This document shows, piece after piece, positions 18,807-28,824 of a stretch of DNA of 64,000 nt. The notes beneath the pieces are model-generated. The model was not told the DNA's origin and ran no database searches. It saw nothing but the letters and a program-made list of their open reading frames with translations. The stretch spans positions 28,366 to 92,365 of the forward strand of contig CAYWUZ010000002.1 in the NCBI GenBank assembly GCA_964461565.1, in the 5' to 3' direction. Every line of letters begins with the position of its first letter. Within the stretch, counting starts at the first letter, position 1. Source of the DNA: an uncultured Candidatus Izemoplasmatales bacterium. Lineage in GTDB: Bacteria; Bacillota_I; Bacilli_A; Izemoplasmatales; Hujiaoplasmataceae. A program made the position numbers and the translations under genes.

Positions 18807-20246
18807 CTATAATATTTTCTTATATAATTTCCGATATTCTTTAGCGGAATTTTTCCATGAGAAATCGGATAACATTGCTTCTTTGACTATTGAATTCCAT
18901 GCATCCTTATTATGTTGATATATATGGATTGCATAACGCAATACATGCATCATATCATGCGCATTAAAGTTAGTGAAACTAAATCCATTCCCTGAAGAAT
19001 TAAACTCATTATAAGGGATGATTGTGTCAACTAATCCACCTGTTTCTCTAACCAATGGAATAGAACCATATTTTAAAGCAATGATTTGTCCTAAACCACA
19101 TGGCTCATATTTTGATGGCATTAAGAAAATATCTGATGAAGCATATATTTGATGAGCTAGTTGATTGGAATATCCAATATATACTTTCACTTTATCTGGA
19201 AAATCTTTTTGAAGCTCAAGGAAGTATTCTTCATAAAGTGCTTCTCCTGAACCTAAAACAACAAATTTAAAATCATCCATCGCAAGCATTTCTGAAAATA
19301 CTCTTTGAATTAAATCAATACCTTTTTGACTAACAAGTCTTGATACAATCGCAACTAAAGGTTTTTTAGGATCAAATTTAACATCTAATAAATTATATAA
19401 TGCTTTTTTATTATTTAATTTACCAGTCATATAATGATCAAAATCATAGTTTTGATGAATTAAATGATCGTTTTCTGGGTTAAACTCACTATAATCAACC
19501 CCGTTAACAATTCCGAATAAATCATGAGAACGCATTCTTAATAGATTTTGCATACCATATCCAAAATAATCAGTTTTAATTTCACTAGCGTAAGTTTCAG
19601 AAACTGTTGTTAATAAATCCGCTGCGACTATCCCTGTTTTTAAAAAGTTTAAAAAACCTTCAAATTCAAATTCTGGTGTGTAATTAATTAAAAATAATTT
19701 ATAATCCTGTAACGGGAAGATCCCTTGATAGGCTAGGTTATGTATGCTGAGAACTGATTTTGTTTTATATTCAAGGTAACGTCTTTTAAGTAATAAAGGA
19801 ATCATTGCTGTATGCCAATCATGAACATGAATGATATCTGGAATATAATTCAAGTGTTTTAAACTTTCTAAAACTGCTAATTGAAAATAAGCGAAACGTC
19901 TTGATTCATCACCATAGTTATATACATTGTCTCTTGAACCAAAGAAAAACTCATTATCAACAAAGTAATATAAAATATTACCTTTTTTTAATGATTTAAT
20001 TCCCACATAAACATCGTCTTCATCACCTAAACTAATGGTGAACTTTACTTCATCAACCATATTTTTTTTGTAGATGTCTGGAATACTTTTATAGAGTGGT
20101 AAGATGACTCTCACTTCACTACCTCTTAATCTTTTGATTTCACTTGGTAGAGAACCTACGACATCAGCTAGCCCACCTATTTTGACAAACGGTGATACTT
20201 CTGCACTGACATGTAATATTTGATACATAATAACCTCCCCCTTCAT
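18807..20246 (-). CDS. glgA: Glycogen (starch) synthase
   Basis: Contains the EVSPFVKIGGLADVV motif. The more likely start is MYQILHV at 20228, 5 nt after AAGGGGGAGG. Confidence 0.9.
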   Translation of the reverse strand: MKGEVIMYQILHVSAEVSPFVKIGGLADVVGSLPSEIKRLRGSEVRVILPLYKSIPDIYKKNMVDEVKFTISLGDEDDVYVGIKSLKKGNILYYFVDNEFFFGSRDNVYNYGDESRRFAYFQLAVLESLKHLNYIPDIIHVHDWHTAMIPLLLKRRYLEYKTKSVLSIHNLAYQGIFPLQDYKLFLINYTPEFEFEGFLNFLKTGIVAADLLTTVSETYASEIKTDYFGYGMQNLLRMRSHDLFGIVNGVDYSEFNPENDHLIHQNYDFDHYMTGKLNNKKALYNLLDVKFDPKKPLVAIVSRLVSQKGIDLIQRVFSEMLAMDDFKFVVLGSGEALYEEYFLELQKDFPDKVKVYIGYSNQLAHQIYASSDIFLMPSKYEPCGLGQIIALKYGSIPLVRETGGLVDTIIPYNEFNSSGNGFSFTNFNAHDMMHVLRYAIHIYQHNKDAWNSIVKEAMLSDFSWKNSAKEYRKLYKKIL

Positions 20247-20274
20247 ATTATAACAAATTCATTTAATAATGCCA

Positions 20275-22668
20275 TTATGGCCAAAACTTAATTAATGATC
20301 TACGATATATTGAAAAACCTATATATGTTGTTTCCATTAATAATAACATCAATAATACTGATGATGTATCTAAAGGATATAGTCCTAACATTTCACTAAA
20401 GATAATGAAAGATAGAGCTGATGTAATAAAGGAACAAGCAATAACTAAAGTTCTTGTCTTATTTAAAGGTGTTGTTACATTAACCAATACTAACCAATAA
20501 GCAAACGTAGCGGCGATAATCCCTACGGTTGAAATCATACGGTTAATATTACCATCAGTTTCAAATTGGAAGAAACTCGCAAAGATATACACACCTAATA
20601 AGTTACCGATAATAATTAATGCGCCAGGTAAAACATTTTTAAAGACGTTGACTAAGAAATTTCCTTTAAATTGTTTGTTATTAGGTTCTAAAGCAATAAA
20701 GAATGAAGGAACACCAATAATAAATGTCTCAATAACAAACATTTGAACTGGTTGGAATGGGAAAATATTGTCTGTCATTAATAATATAAAAGTTAATATA
20801 ATTGTATAAAGCGTTTTAACAAGGTATAAAACAGATGCTTTTTCCATATTAGAAACAATCTGACGACCTTCTTTAACTACTTTCGGTATTGTTGAAAAAT
20901 TATTGTCTAGTAAAACAAAGTGAGAAATATTTCTAGAAGCATCAGTCCCACTCGCTAAAGACACAGATGTGTCAGCTTGTTTTAATGCTAAAATATCATT
21001 GACACCATCCCCAACCATACAGACTTTATGGTTAGCTTCTTGCATATGCATAATCAATAGTTTCTTTTGATTTGGCGTAACACGTCCAAAGATGTTATAT
21101 TCATTAGCAATATTTTCTAAAGCCTCATCAGGCACATCATCAAGAGAAATGTATTTTTCTGCGTTGATAACACCTGCACGTCTAGCGACTTCACTAACGG
21201 TCATCGCATTATCCCCAGAAATAACTTTTACAGTGATATTAGACTCATTAAATTCACTAATTGTTTTAATTGCTGAATCACGAATATTATCGTTTAGAAT
21301 AATAATGGCGATTGGTCTGATTTTACCGTTTATTTTTTCATCTTTTAATTTTTCACTTTCAGCTAACAATAAAACTCTTTTTCCTTGAGCTGCATAGCGT
21401 TCAACTTGTTTTTTTATTTTTGAATATTGTTTTGTTAATATCATTTCAGGTGCACCTAATACATAAATAGCACCTTCAAACTCAACGACAGAATATTTAT
21501 TCATTGAATCAAAGTCAATTGATTGAACAACTTTGTATTTCTTCTTCTCACCAAAATAGTCTCTTAAAGCCTGAGAAGTCTGGTTTTGATCATTTAAAGC
21601 ATCATTCATAGTTGAGATAATATTCTTAATTTCTTTTTCTGTATAATCATCAATCGTATATATAGGATTTTCAATCATTTCAAAGAAATCAACACTCATA
21701 GTTCCATCAGTAATCGTACCGGTTTTATCCAGACATAATGTATCAATTCTAGCAAGTGTTTCAATGGAATAAAGTTCTTGAACTAAAGTGTTATGTTTTG
21801 CTAATTTTATAACTGATGTAGCAAATGTCATGGTTGTTAATAAGAATAAACCTGAAGGCACCATGGCTACCATAGATCCAGCCATTGATACTAAAGCTTC
21901 TTGATACAATGCAGAATTTTGAATAAAGTCTGGTAAGTAATCATAATTAGATCTCAAGAAAGCATTATAGAAAGTCATTAAGCCTAAAGGTAATATGATG
22001 ATTCCGATGACTTTAAGCAAACTTCTTAAAGAGTTTAAGATAACTGATTTAGGCTTAGATAACATTTTTACTTTTGTTTGTAATGTTTCTATATAATTAT
22101 CTTTCCCTACAGCTATTGCCTGAACATATGCTTCCCCAGAAACCACGTAACTACCTGATAGTAGTTGATTGCCAACTTCCTTAGCAATCGAATCAGATTC
22201 CCCTGTTAAATTAGCTTCATTAACTGTGATAGCACCTTCCACAACAACTGAGTCAGCTATGATCTGTCGTCCTGATTCTAATTTATAAATATCATCTAGA
22301 ACGACTTCTTCAATATCTATTTCTATTTCCATTCCTTGCCGAATGACTTTGACTTTAGAATCAGAAATTAATGATAAATTTTTAATAGTTTTTCTTGCTT
22401 TCAATTCCTGAATAATACCGATTAACGTATTGATTAAGGCAATCACGATAAACCATAAATTTTTATAACTACCAATACTCACTAATAAAGCCGCAATAAT
22501 TGCTAATAACATATTAAAATACGTGAAAAGATTCGTACGAACTATTTTCCACGGTGTTTTTAAGTTAGATTGTGAAGATACATTGATTTGGTTTTGACTT
22601 TTTCTGATGTTTACTTCTTCTAGAGTTAAACCAAAGGGTATATTTTTTATTTTTGTCATAATATTCAC
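20275..22668 (-). CDS. P-type cation-translocating ATPase (HAD-IC, P2-like)
   Basis: 797 aa with TGES, phosphorylation motif CLDKTGTIT, and hinge motif VGDGVNDILALKQAD. Confidence 0.9.
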   Translation of the reverse strand: MNIMTKIKNIPFGLTLEEVNIRKSQNQINVSSQSNLKTPWKIVRTNLFTYFNMLLAIIAALLVSIGSYKNLWFIVIALINTLIGIIQELKARKTIKNLSLISDSKVKVIRQGMEIEIDIEEVVLDDIYKLESGRQIIADSVVVEGAITVNEANLTGESDSIAKEVGNQLLSGSYVVSGEAYVQAIAVGKDNYIETLQTKVKMLSKPKSVILNSLRSLLKVIGIIILPLGLMTFYNAFLRSNYDYLPDFIQNSALYQEALVSMAGSMVAMVPSGLFLLTTMTFATSVIKLAKHNTLVQELYSIETLARIDTLCLDKTGTITDGTMSVDFFEMIENPIYTIDDYTEKEIKNIISTMNDALNDQNQTSQALRDYFGEKKKYKVVQSIDFDSMNKYSVVEFEGAIYVLGAPEMILTKQYSKIKKQVERYAAQGKRVLLLAESEKLKDEKINGKIRPIAIIILNDNIRDSAIKTISEFNESNITVKVISGDNAMTVSEVARRAGVINAEKYISLDDVPDEALENIANEYNIFGRVTPNQKKLLIMHMQEANHKVCMVGDGVNDILALKQADTSVSLASGTDASRNISHFVLLDNNFSTIPKVVKEGRQIVSNMEKASVLYLVKTLYTIILTFILLMTDNIFPFQPVQMFVIETFIIGVPSFFIALEPNNKQFKGNFLVNVFKNVLPGALIIIGNLLGVYIFASFFQFETDGNINRMISTVGIIAATFAYWLVLVNVTTPLNKTRTLVIACSFITSALSFIIFSEMLGLYPLDTSSVLLMLLLMETTYIGFSIYRRSLIKFWP

Positions 22669-22723
22669 CTATTTTATTATATCAAAATAATTATTGTTAA
22701 ACAATAAAGTTACGATGTTTAAT

Positions 22724-22754
22724 TAAAAAAAAAGAACACTAAATATTAGTGTTC
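22724..22754 (-). terminator. Terminator of the kinase-fusion gene (stem includes its stop codon)
   Basis: 9-bp stem gaacactaa/ttagtgttc with a 3-nt loop, then T9 on the minus strand. Confidence 0.65.
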
Positions 22755-24209
22755 GTATTGACTACCGCCAATAAACTCTCTTAACAGTGAATGTTTAGGT
22801 ACAAGTTTACTATCGATTGTCTTGAAATATTTTAAGAATTTTAATAATCTATTGGCTTGAATAAAGTGACTAGATTCCCTATCTATAGTGCTTAAAGCAT
22901 CTTCAGCGTATTGTTTTAAAATAGCGTACTCGTAACTTAATTCTGAATTAAAAATAAAATCTGCGTTTTCAATATGAGGATAAATCCAACGATATTCTCC
23001 ACGTCTCACTGATGGCCACATATCCAATGTTTTTTCAGGTGACGTGTTTCTAAACTGCAAATCTCTAACAATTCGTCTTAATAATCTTAAATCAGTTAAA
23101 TTAATCGGGTTGTTATAATCAATATTTATTTGCGTAAAAGGTGAAATATAGATTCTGAATTTTTGAGCTTTAGGAATATGTTTAGACAATTGATCATTTA
23201 AAGCGTGTATGCCTTCAATAATAATAGGTGTCTTTTCACTAATTTTAAAAGCTGGTTTAAATGAACGTTTTCTAGACATAAAATCAAAGTATGGTAACTC
23301 AACATCTTTTCCTGCAATTAAGTCTAATATATTTTGATTAAATAATTCAATATCTAAAGCATCTATATGTTCTAAGTCAGGTTTCCCGTGTTCATCAATG
23401 GGTGCATGTTCAGCTGATAAATAGTAATTATCTATCGAAATCATTAAAGGTTTAATCCCATGTTTTCTTAATGCATCTTCAAGTCTTAAAGAAAATGTTG
23501 TTTTTCCAGATGACGAAGGACCTGCGATTGAAATCAATCGAACATCTTTTCGAGAATTAATTTTAGCTGCCAAAGTTTCTAATTGTTCATTATGACCGTT
23601 TTCACATATATCTATTAATTGTTGAGCATCTCCACTTTCTATACGATGATTCATTTTATAGATCATATCAACACTTAATTTTTTTGACCATTCTTCAGCT
23701 TTAGATAAAATATCAAAGAATTTAGGAGAGTCTGCAAATTCAGGAATTTCACCTTTTTCTTCTCTTCTTGGATATTGAATTAAGAAACCAGGGTTTAAAT
23801 ACACAAGTTCATAGTCTTTTAAATAACCAGTTGAAGGGACCATGTATCCATACATATAGTTTTTATAGTCATCACATGAATAAATATTAACTTTTTCTTT
23901 ACGATATTCTAATGCGTTCACTTTATCATCGTACCCTAAACGCCCATAATAGTCTTTAGCATATTCAATAGATACTTGTTTACGCAAAATTTTATAATCC
24001 GATTCGATAATTCTATCCATTTCTTTTTTTATGTTCTTAAGCATTTCTTCGTTGATATTATTCTCAACACCACGTCCATAAATCCCCATAGAAATACTAT
24101 TGGAAAATTTAACTTCGATTTCCGGATATGTTCTATATGTAGCCATTGCGACCAAATAACGCATACTCGTCGCGTAGATTCTTGTAGAATCATAAAAAGA
24201 ATAATCCAA
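22746..24209 (-). CDS. TGS/ThrRS-N-like domains fused to a uridine-kinase/PRK-type P-loop kinase. The true start is probably upstream at about 24368.
   Basis: P-loop GPSSSGKTT in the C-terminal half. The track start is TTG. The frame stays open to 24392 and encodes a TGS-like N-terminus (IKITINNQEYIYDKPVVLEDIA) with no canonical start codon. Confidence 0.75.
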   Translation of the reverse strand: MDYSFYDSTRIYATSMRYLVAMATYRTYPEIEVKFSNSISMGIYGRGVENNINEEMLKNIKKEMDRIIESDYKILRKQVSIEYAKDYYGRLGYDDKVNALEYRKEKVNIYSCDDYKNYMYGYMVPSTGYLKDYELVYLNPGFLIQYPRREEKGEIPEFADSPKFFDILSKAEEWSKKLSVDMIYKMNHRIESGDAQQLIDICENGHNEQLETLAAKINSRKDVRLISIAGPSSSGKTTFSLRLEDALRKHGIKPLMISIDNYYLSAEHAPIDEHGKPDLEHIDALDIELFNQNILDLIAGKDVELPYFDFMSRKRSFKPAFKISEKTPIIIEGIHALNDQLSKHIPKAQKFRIYISPFTQINIDYNNPINLTDLRLLRRIVRDLQFRNTSPEKTLDMWPSVRRGEYRWIYPHIENADFIFNSELSYEYAILKQYAEDALSTIDRESSHFIQANRLLKFLKYFKTIDSKLVPKHSLLREFIGGSQYEH

Positions 24210-24508
24210 CAGTTCTACTGTCGCATCATAAGAAATCCTATAACTGAGTTCTCTAAGTCTATTATTGACTAAACCAGCATAGAATTCTCCCTCATATAAA
24301 TTTGCGATATCTTCTAAGACAACTGGCTTATCATAGATATACTCTTGATTGTTAATTGTAATTTTGATAGTATCACCCCTTAAATAGTGTATTTAATATT
24401 TTACTACTTTTCAGTAAAATATCAAGTCAATTTATTTGATTGAAATAAAATAATTGAGAATATGAATATAATTTGGTATGATATAATATAATTACGGAGG
24501 AAATCTTT

Positions 24509-25330
24509 ATGACACTTTATAGTTTTTGGACAACCATAGGAATGGATGAACAACCTGGTAGTTATTTTTTTAGTGGGTATCATTTAATTTATCTATTGTT
24601 GAATATATTGTTTTTTGTTATTTTGTTTAAATTTTTAAAAAATAAGTCGAGAAAAATCCAAGATCGTTACATCAGTATTTTTTTAGTCCTCATTCTTGTA
24701 TTAAAGTACGCTGGAGAAGCTTTATTCATCCAAGAGTACTATACGATTGGAACTCTTAATTCATCTTATCCACATCCATTTTGGGATATAAATACCTTCT
24801 TTTCATTCCAATTATGTGGTATTGTCAATATATTATTACCGATTACCATTTGGTTTAACATTAAACCTTTAAAAGATTATGTCTTCGCAACATCAATATT
24901 GGGTGGATTCGCAGTTATTCTATATCCAGTTACAGTTCTCTATGGTCAACCTTTCGCGGTTATTCTTCCTAATTTAAGATCATCGATTATTCACTTATTC
25001 TTAATTTTTATTCCTTTATTCTTAATCAATAGAGGTGATTTCCAATTTAAGAAAGAACGTTGGCACTTCATTGCTATAGGATTAATACTTTCTGCATTAT
25101 GGGCTATGTTTGGTAATATATTTATTGATCAAAACGCAAACAATATGTACATCATGAGTAATCCATTTATCGGTGGACCTATTCCAATTTTAAATAGTTT
25201 ACCAAGTGGATGGCATGTGATTTTCTTAGCATTCGCAGTGACTATTGGCTATGCTTTAGTATATCAAATAGCGGCTTTAGCTGGCGGTAAACGATACCTT
25301 TCAAAAAAGTTAACTAAGAAACAAATATAA
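24509..25330 (+). CDS. Polytopic integral membrane protein (possibly YwaF/TIGR02206-like)
   Basis: 273 aa with about 7 hydrophobic segments. GGAGG lies 8 nt upstream of the ATG, and TGgTATGATATAAT -10 elements lie further upstream. The family assignment is from memory only. Confidence 0.55.
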   Translation: MTLYSFWTTIGMDEQPGSYFFSGYHLIYLLLNILFFVILFKFLKNKSRKIQDRYISIFLVLILVLKYAGEALFIQEYYTIGTLNSSYPHPFWDINTFFSFQLCGIVNILLPITIWFNIKPLKDYVFATSILGGFAVILYPVTVLYGQPFAVILPNLRSSIIHLFLIFIPLFLINRGDFQFKKERWHFIAIGLILSALWAMFGNIFIDQNANNMYIMSNPFIGGPIPILNSLPSGWHVIFLAFAVTIGYALVYQIAALAGGKRYLSKKLTKKQI

Positions 25331-25452
25331 TAAATTAGATATTTATTAAAATTTACAAAGCATATAATCAATATAATAAAAAGATGTTAGCATTTAAAAA
25401 ATACTAGCATCTTTTTTTAGTGTATGATTTTTAACAATAATTTAAACTGAAA

Positions 25453-26133
25453 CTAATAACCATGTTTTTCAATTTTTCCGTCTTGACTATGAATCACTAT
25501 ATTCGTATCTTGATTAATTGCTTTAATTGTTGCGTAAGCAATCGCTTCTTTTTTGGTGTGTAAAACTCGAATAACTTTATCAGAACCTTCACGTTTAATA
25601 TACCATTTATTATCGCTATCTCTATATAAAATATGGTATTTACCTAGTTCTTTTTTTTCTTCATCTTGAAAGTTGTCGTTTAAAGTTTTCGTATCTGTAT
25701 CTTGATCTTTTTGATTATCCTTAACAAGTAAAGAATCTTTCTCTGTAACATTTTCTTCTATTGCATTGTCAATATTATTTTCAATTAATTCTTCTTCTTT
25801 TTCATTATCAGTTGTTTCTTTATCTCGATCAATTTTACTTAATAAATCATCCGCTGTCATAAGTTTTTCAGTCATCGAATCATTATTTAAATTTGGGATA
25901 AGACTACTATTTATTTTTTTATCTATTCGATTCTTTAAAGGTATATTAGTTTGTAACTCATCACTTATATTTTCTTGTTCATTAGGTTTCAATATATTTT
26001 TATCCTTTGAACCAGATTGAGATTCATAGGCTTTTACTTTTATAAATATAATATAAATGGCAATGGCTATCATAATAAAAACAATACCAATGATAAAAAA
26101 AGTTAAATGGTCTAAGAATATATTTGCAAACAT
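25453..26133 (-). CDS. Membrane-anchored protein with an acidic low-complexity linker and a C-terminal DUF2188-like domain
   Basis: One N-terminal TM segment, a D/E/N/K-rich linker, and the C-terminus YHILYRDSDNKWYIKREGSDKVIRVLHTKKEAIAYATIKAINQDTNIVIHSQDGKI, typical of DUF2188. Confidence 0.6.
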   Translation of the reverse strand: MFANIFLDHLTFFIIGIVFIMIAIAIYIIFIKVKAYESQSGSKDKNILKPNEQENISDELQTNIPLKNRIDKKINSSLIPNLNNDSMTEKLMTADDLLSKIDRDKETTDNEKEEELIENNIDNAIEENVTEKDSLLVKDNQKDQDTDTKTLNDNFQDEEKKELGKYHILYRDSDNKWYIKREGSDKVIRVLHTKKEAIAYATIKAINQDTNIVIHSQDGKIEKHGY

Positions 26134-26146
26134 GTATACCTCCTAT

Positions 26147-27016
26147 CTAGAATAATGAAATCTGTTCCTCTTGCTTTGGTATTTTATATAAATCAATAAT
26201 TTGATTCATTGAATAAGCAATATGTGTCTTCTTAATGTTAAATATAAACACTTTCTTTAGTTCCTCTGCGCGTTGACTAATCCAAGATTTTTTATATCCA
26301 AACTCATCAAAATATTTTGTCTTTAGTTCAGATTTTTCTTGATCGATTAATTTATAAAATTCATTCAGTTTCCGACTGTCAAAATTAAGTGAGAATGTCG
26401 GATAAATAAACTGAGGATGATGCGATATCAGAAGATTTAAAAGTGATTTAAAATCATCTGGATCATCATTAATATATGGAATAAAAGGTTTGATGATAAA
26501 TCCATATTGTATTGATGATTTTTCTAATGCTTTAACTAACTTCTCCATAACTTTAAAGTTGTAATTATCTTTAAAAATAGATAAGTTGATTGGTAGATTA
26601 CTTGAAATAGGAATCGCGATTAATAAGGGATTTGTTTTAGCAAAAGACTCTAAAATTTCAATGTCATTGATTAAATTTAGTGAGTTCGTTTCGATAAATA
26701 ATCCATGATTGGTTTCCTTAAGTTTTTCTACAATATTAAAAATAGAATCATGACATGAATAAATATCTGGGTTTTCAAAAATTCCAAATATTTTAGAATC
26801 ATCAAAATCATTCATTTTTTTTATGAAGTCTATTTCTCGATCAACACATCTTGAAGATTGTTTGTCATTTGCGAGTGGGTAAAAGTCCAAAGGTGTTGAT
26901 AGATAATTAAATATAGGATTTGAGCCATGACAAAGATTGGCATAATAGTCTATACCAAAAAATTTATCTTTTTGTCTATTTCTAATAAGGGATGTTGAAT
27001 TGATAATCATAAACAA
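26147..27016 (-). CDS. Hypothetical protein. Distant resemblance to radical-SAM (COG1533/SplB-like) proteins, but it lacks CxxxCxxC.
   Basis: 289 aa, 13 nt upstream of the DUF2188 gene. Where the Fe-S motif is expected it reads YANLCHGSNPIFNY, with a single Cys. Confidence 0.4.
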   Translation of the reverse strand: MFMIINSTSLIRNRQKDKFFGIDYYANLCHGSNPIFNYLSTPLDFYPLANDKQSSRCVDREIDFIKKMNDFDDSKIFGIFENPDIYSCHDSIFNIVEKLKETNHGLFIETNSLNLINDIEILESFAKTNPLLIAIPISSNLPINLSIFKDNYNFKVMEKLVKALEKSSIQYGFIIKPFIPYINDDPDDFKSLLNLLISHHPQFIYPTFSLNFDSRKLNEFYKLIDQEKSELKTKYFDEFGYKKSWISQRAEELKKVFIFNIKKTHIAYSMNQIIDLYKIPKQEEQISLF

Positions 27017-27096
27017 CCTCTTTTCACAAAAAATAAGCTCTTTCTATGTATAATTATAACGTTTTTAGTCTAAATTTGGAAGTTAAATACTAAATA

Positions 27097-27636
27097 TTAT
27101 AGTTTTTTTATAAATGATCCTACAATTTTTATAAGCTCATCAATCGTCAATTCGTCTGTTATTCGAAGAACTGGTTTATTAACATCTTCTAACCACATGA
27201 GATGTTGACGTCTTGATCTAAAGTATTCTGGGTTGTGTTCATAATCACTTACCCATTCAAGAAAAGCCTGATGTTTATCATATAAATCTCCACCAGGTAA
27301 AACTCTTTTTCCAAATCTTCTTAATTCTCTTTGGTTAATTCGTTTTATTCTTGTCTCAATATCTAAATTCATATAAATAAACAAATCAATCTCTGGTCTT
27401 AACTCATCATATATGTTTACTATAGAACCAGATATAATAGAGTTTTTATGAGAATTTAGTTGTTCCTGAATTAAATTTTTAATGATGAAATTATCTCTTC
27501 TAATAGTAAATGGAGGATCAGTATTTTCCCACATCAAATCATCAACATCTATATGATAAAAATCATATATTTCAGATAGATTTTTAGCAAGTGTCGTTGT
27601 TCCTGAACCACTAGAGCCAAAAATATTTATGATCAT
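27097..27636 (-). CDS. P-loop NTPase, adenylate-kinase-superfamily small kinase-like protein
   Basis: 179 aa with N-terminal Walker A IFGSSGSGTTTLAKNL. Confidence 0.65.
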   Translation of the reverse strand: MIINIFGSSGSGTTTLAKNLSEIYDFYHIDVDDLMWENTDPPFTIRRDNFIIKNLIQEQLNSHKNSIISGSIVNIYDELRPEIDLFIYMNLDIETRIKRINQRELRRFGKRVLPGGDLYDKHQAFLEWVSDYEHNPEYFRSRRQHLMWLEDVNKPVLRITDELTIDELIKIVGSFIKKL

Positions 27637-27645
27637 TGAATCCTC

Positions 27646-28824
27646 CTATTTTTTAAACATAATTTGTTCGCTGTTAAACATTTTATTAAGAATGTAGATA
27701 AAACCAATCATGTATATTGAGTTTGATATAGCTGTTACTAAAACAAACATACCAATATTAGGCGTAAAAGTCATAATTCCAACCAATGACTGTACCGCAT
27801 TATATATTGGAATCATATAAACAAATATATTTTCATTCGCACCTGTACTAAACATTGTTGTAATTGATACGATGACAGTTAAAATATAGATTGGTGTAAT
27901 ATAAGTTGTCGCTTCTTTTAAAGATCTTGCATAAGCTGATACAACCGAAACGATACCTATAATAACAAATATCGTAGAAAATAATACCACTAAAATCAGG
28001 AAGTAGTCCCCTATATTGAAGACTGATAAACTTTGATCTTCAAGATTTAATAATGCAGGAAGTGAAAAAATAATTCCAATAAATGATGATACTGAAGATA
28101 CTAAAGATAGAACTGATAAACTTAAAACTTTTCCAATTGCTAATTCACTACGCTTAATTGGGGTAATCAATAATGTTGACATAGTATTTCTTTCTTTTTC
28201 ACCAGCAATTGATTCTGGACCAATTGACATAGCACCAGAAAATAAGAACATTATAACCAACATAGGTAATAAACTAGATAAGATTGTCCCTATCATTTCT
28301 CTTTCAGAAATATCAGAATATTCTTCTTGATATTGGATAAAGGATGTATCACCGTACAAATTAGTTTTTAAAAATTCATCATAAGTAATAATGTATTGTC
28401 TAAATCTGTTAATCGATGAGGAAGCATCTTTAGGGTTTGTATAAAAGATAGCAACCGGTTGTTCCCCAGAGCCATCATACGCTTCAATATTCTCACTAAA
28501 AACAATTAGTATATTCCATTCTTCATCATCAATAAGTTCTTTATATGCATCAACTTCATCTTCGTCAATAGTAATAAGATTTATGTTTTCGATGGATTCG
28601 TTAAGAGTTTCTCCGCTAGTATATATAGCATTAAATGTATCGGTAGGATTGACAATTGCGATGTCTGTTATCTCACCGTCTTCCATGTTTTCAATTGCGT
28701 TACCAATAAAATTATAAATTATAAAAATAAATAGACCAGGTAGTATAAACAAGGTAATTATTAATCTCTTGTCTTTGAAAACTCGATCAATTTCCTTTTT
28801 GAATATCGTCCATATGTTTTTCAT
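27646..28824 (-). CDS. ABC-2 family permease (NatB-like)
   Basis: 392 aa. One N-terminal TM, a large extracytoplasmic loop, then 5 C-terminal TM segments. The start overlaps the ATPase stop. Confidence 0.7.
   Translation of the reverse strand: MKNIWTIFKKEIDRVFKDKRLIITLFILPGLFIFIIYNFIGNAIENMEDGEITDIAIVNPTDTFNAIYTSGETLNESIENINLITIDEDEVDAYKELIDDEEWNILIVFSENIEAYDGSGEQPVAIFYTNPKDASSSINRFRQYIITYDEFLKTNLYGDTSFIQYQEEYSDISEREMIGTILSSLLPMLVIMFLFSGAMSIGPESIAGEKERNTMSTLLITPIKRSELAIGKVLSLSVLSLVSSVSSFIGIIFSLPALLNLEDQSLSVFNIGDYFLILVVLFSTIFVIIGIVSVVSAYARSLKEATTYITPIYILTVIVSITTMFSTGANENIFVYMIPIYNAVQSLVGIMTFTPNIGMFVLVTAISNSIYMIGFIYILNKMFNSEQIMFKK

Noticed and set aside
22669-22745. Mg2+ (M-box) or Mn2+ (yybP-ykoY) riboswitch upstream of the P-type ATPase.
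   Set aside because: The intergenic region is only 77 nt. It is filled by the upstream terminator, a TTGTTT-17-TATAAT promoter and the SD.
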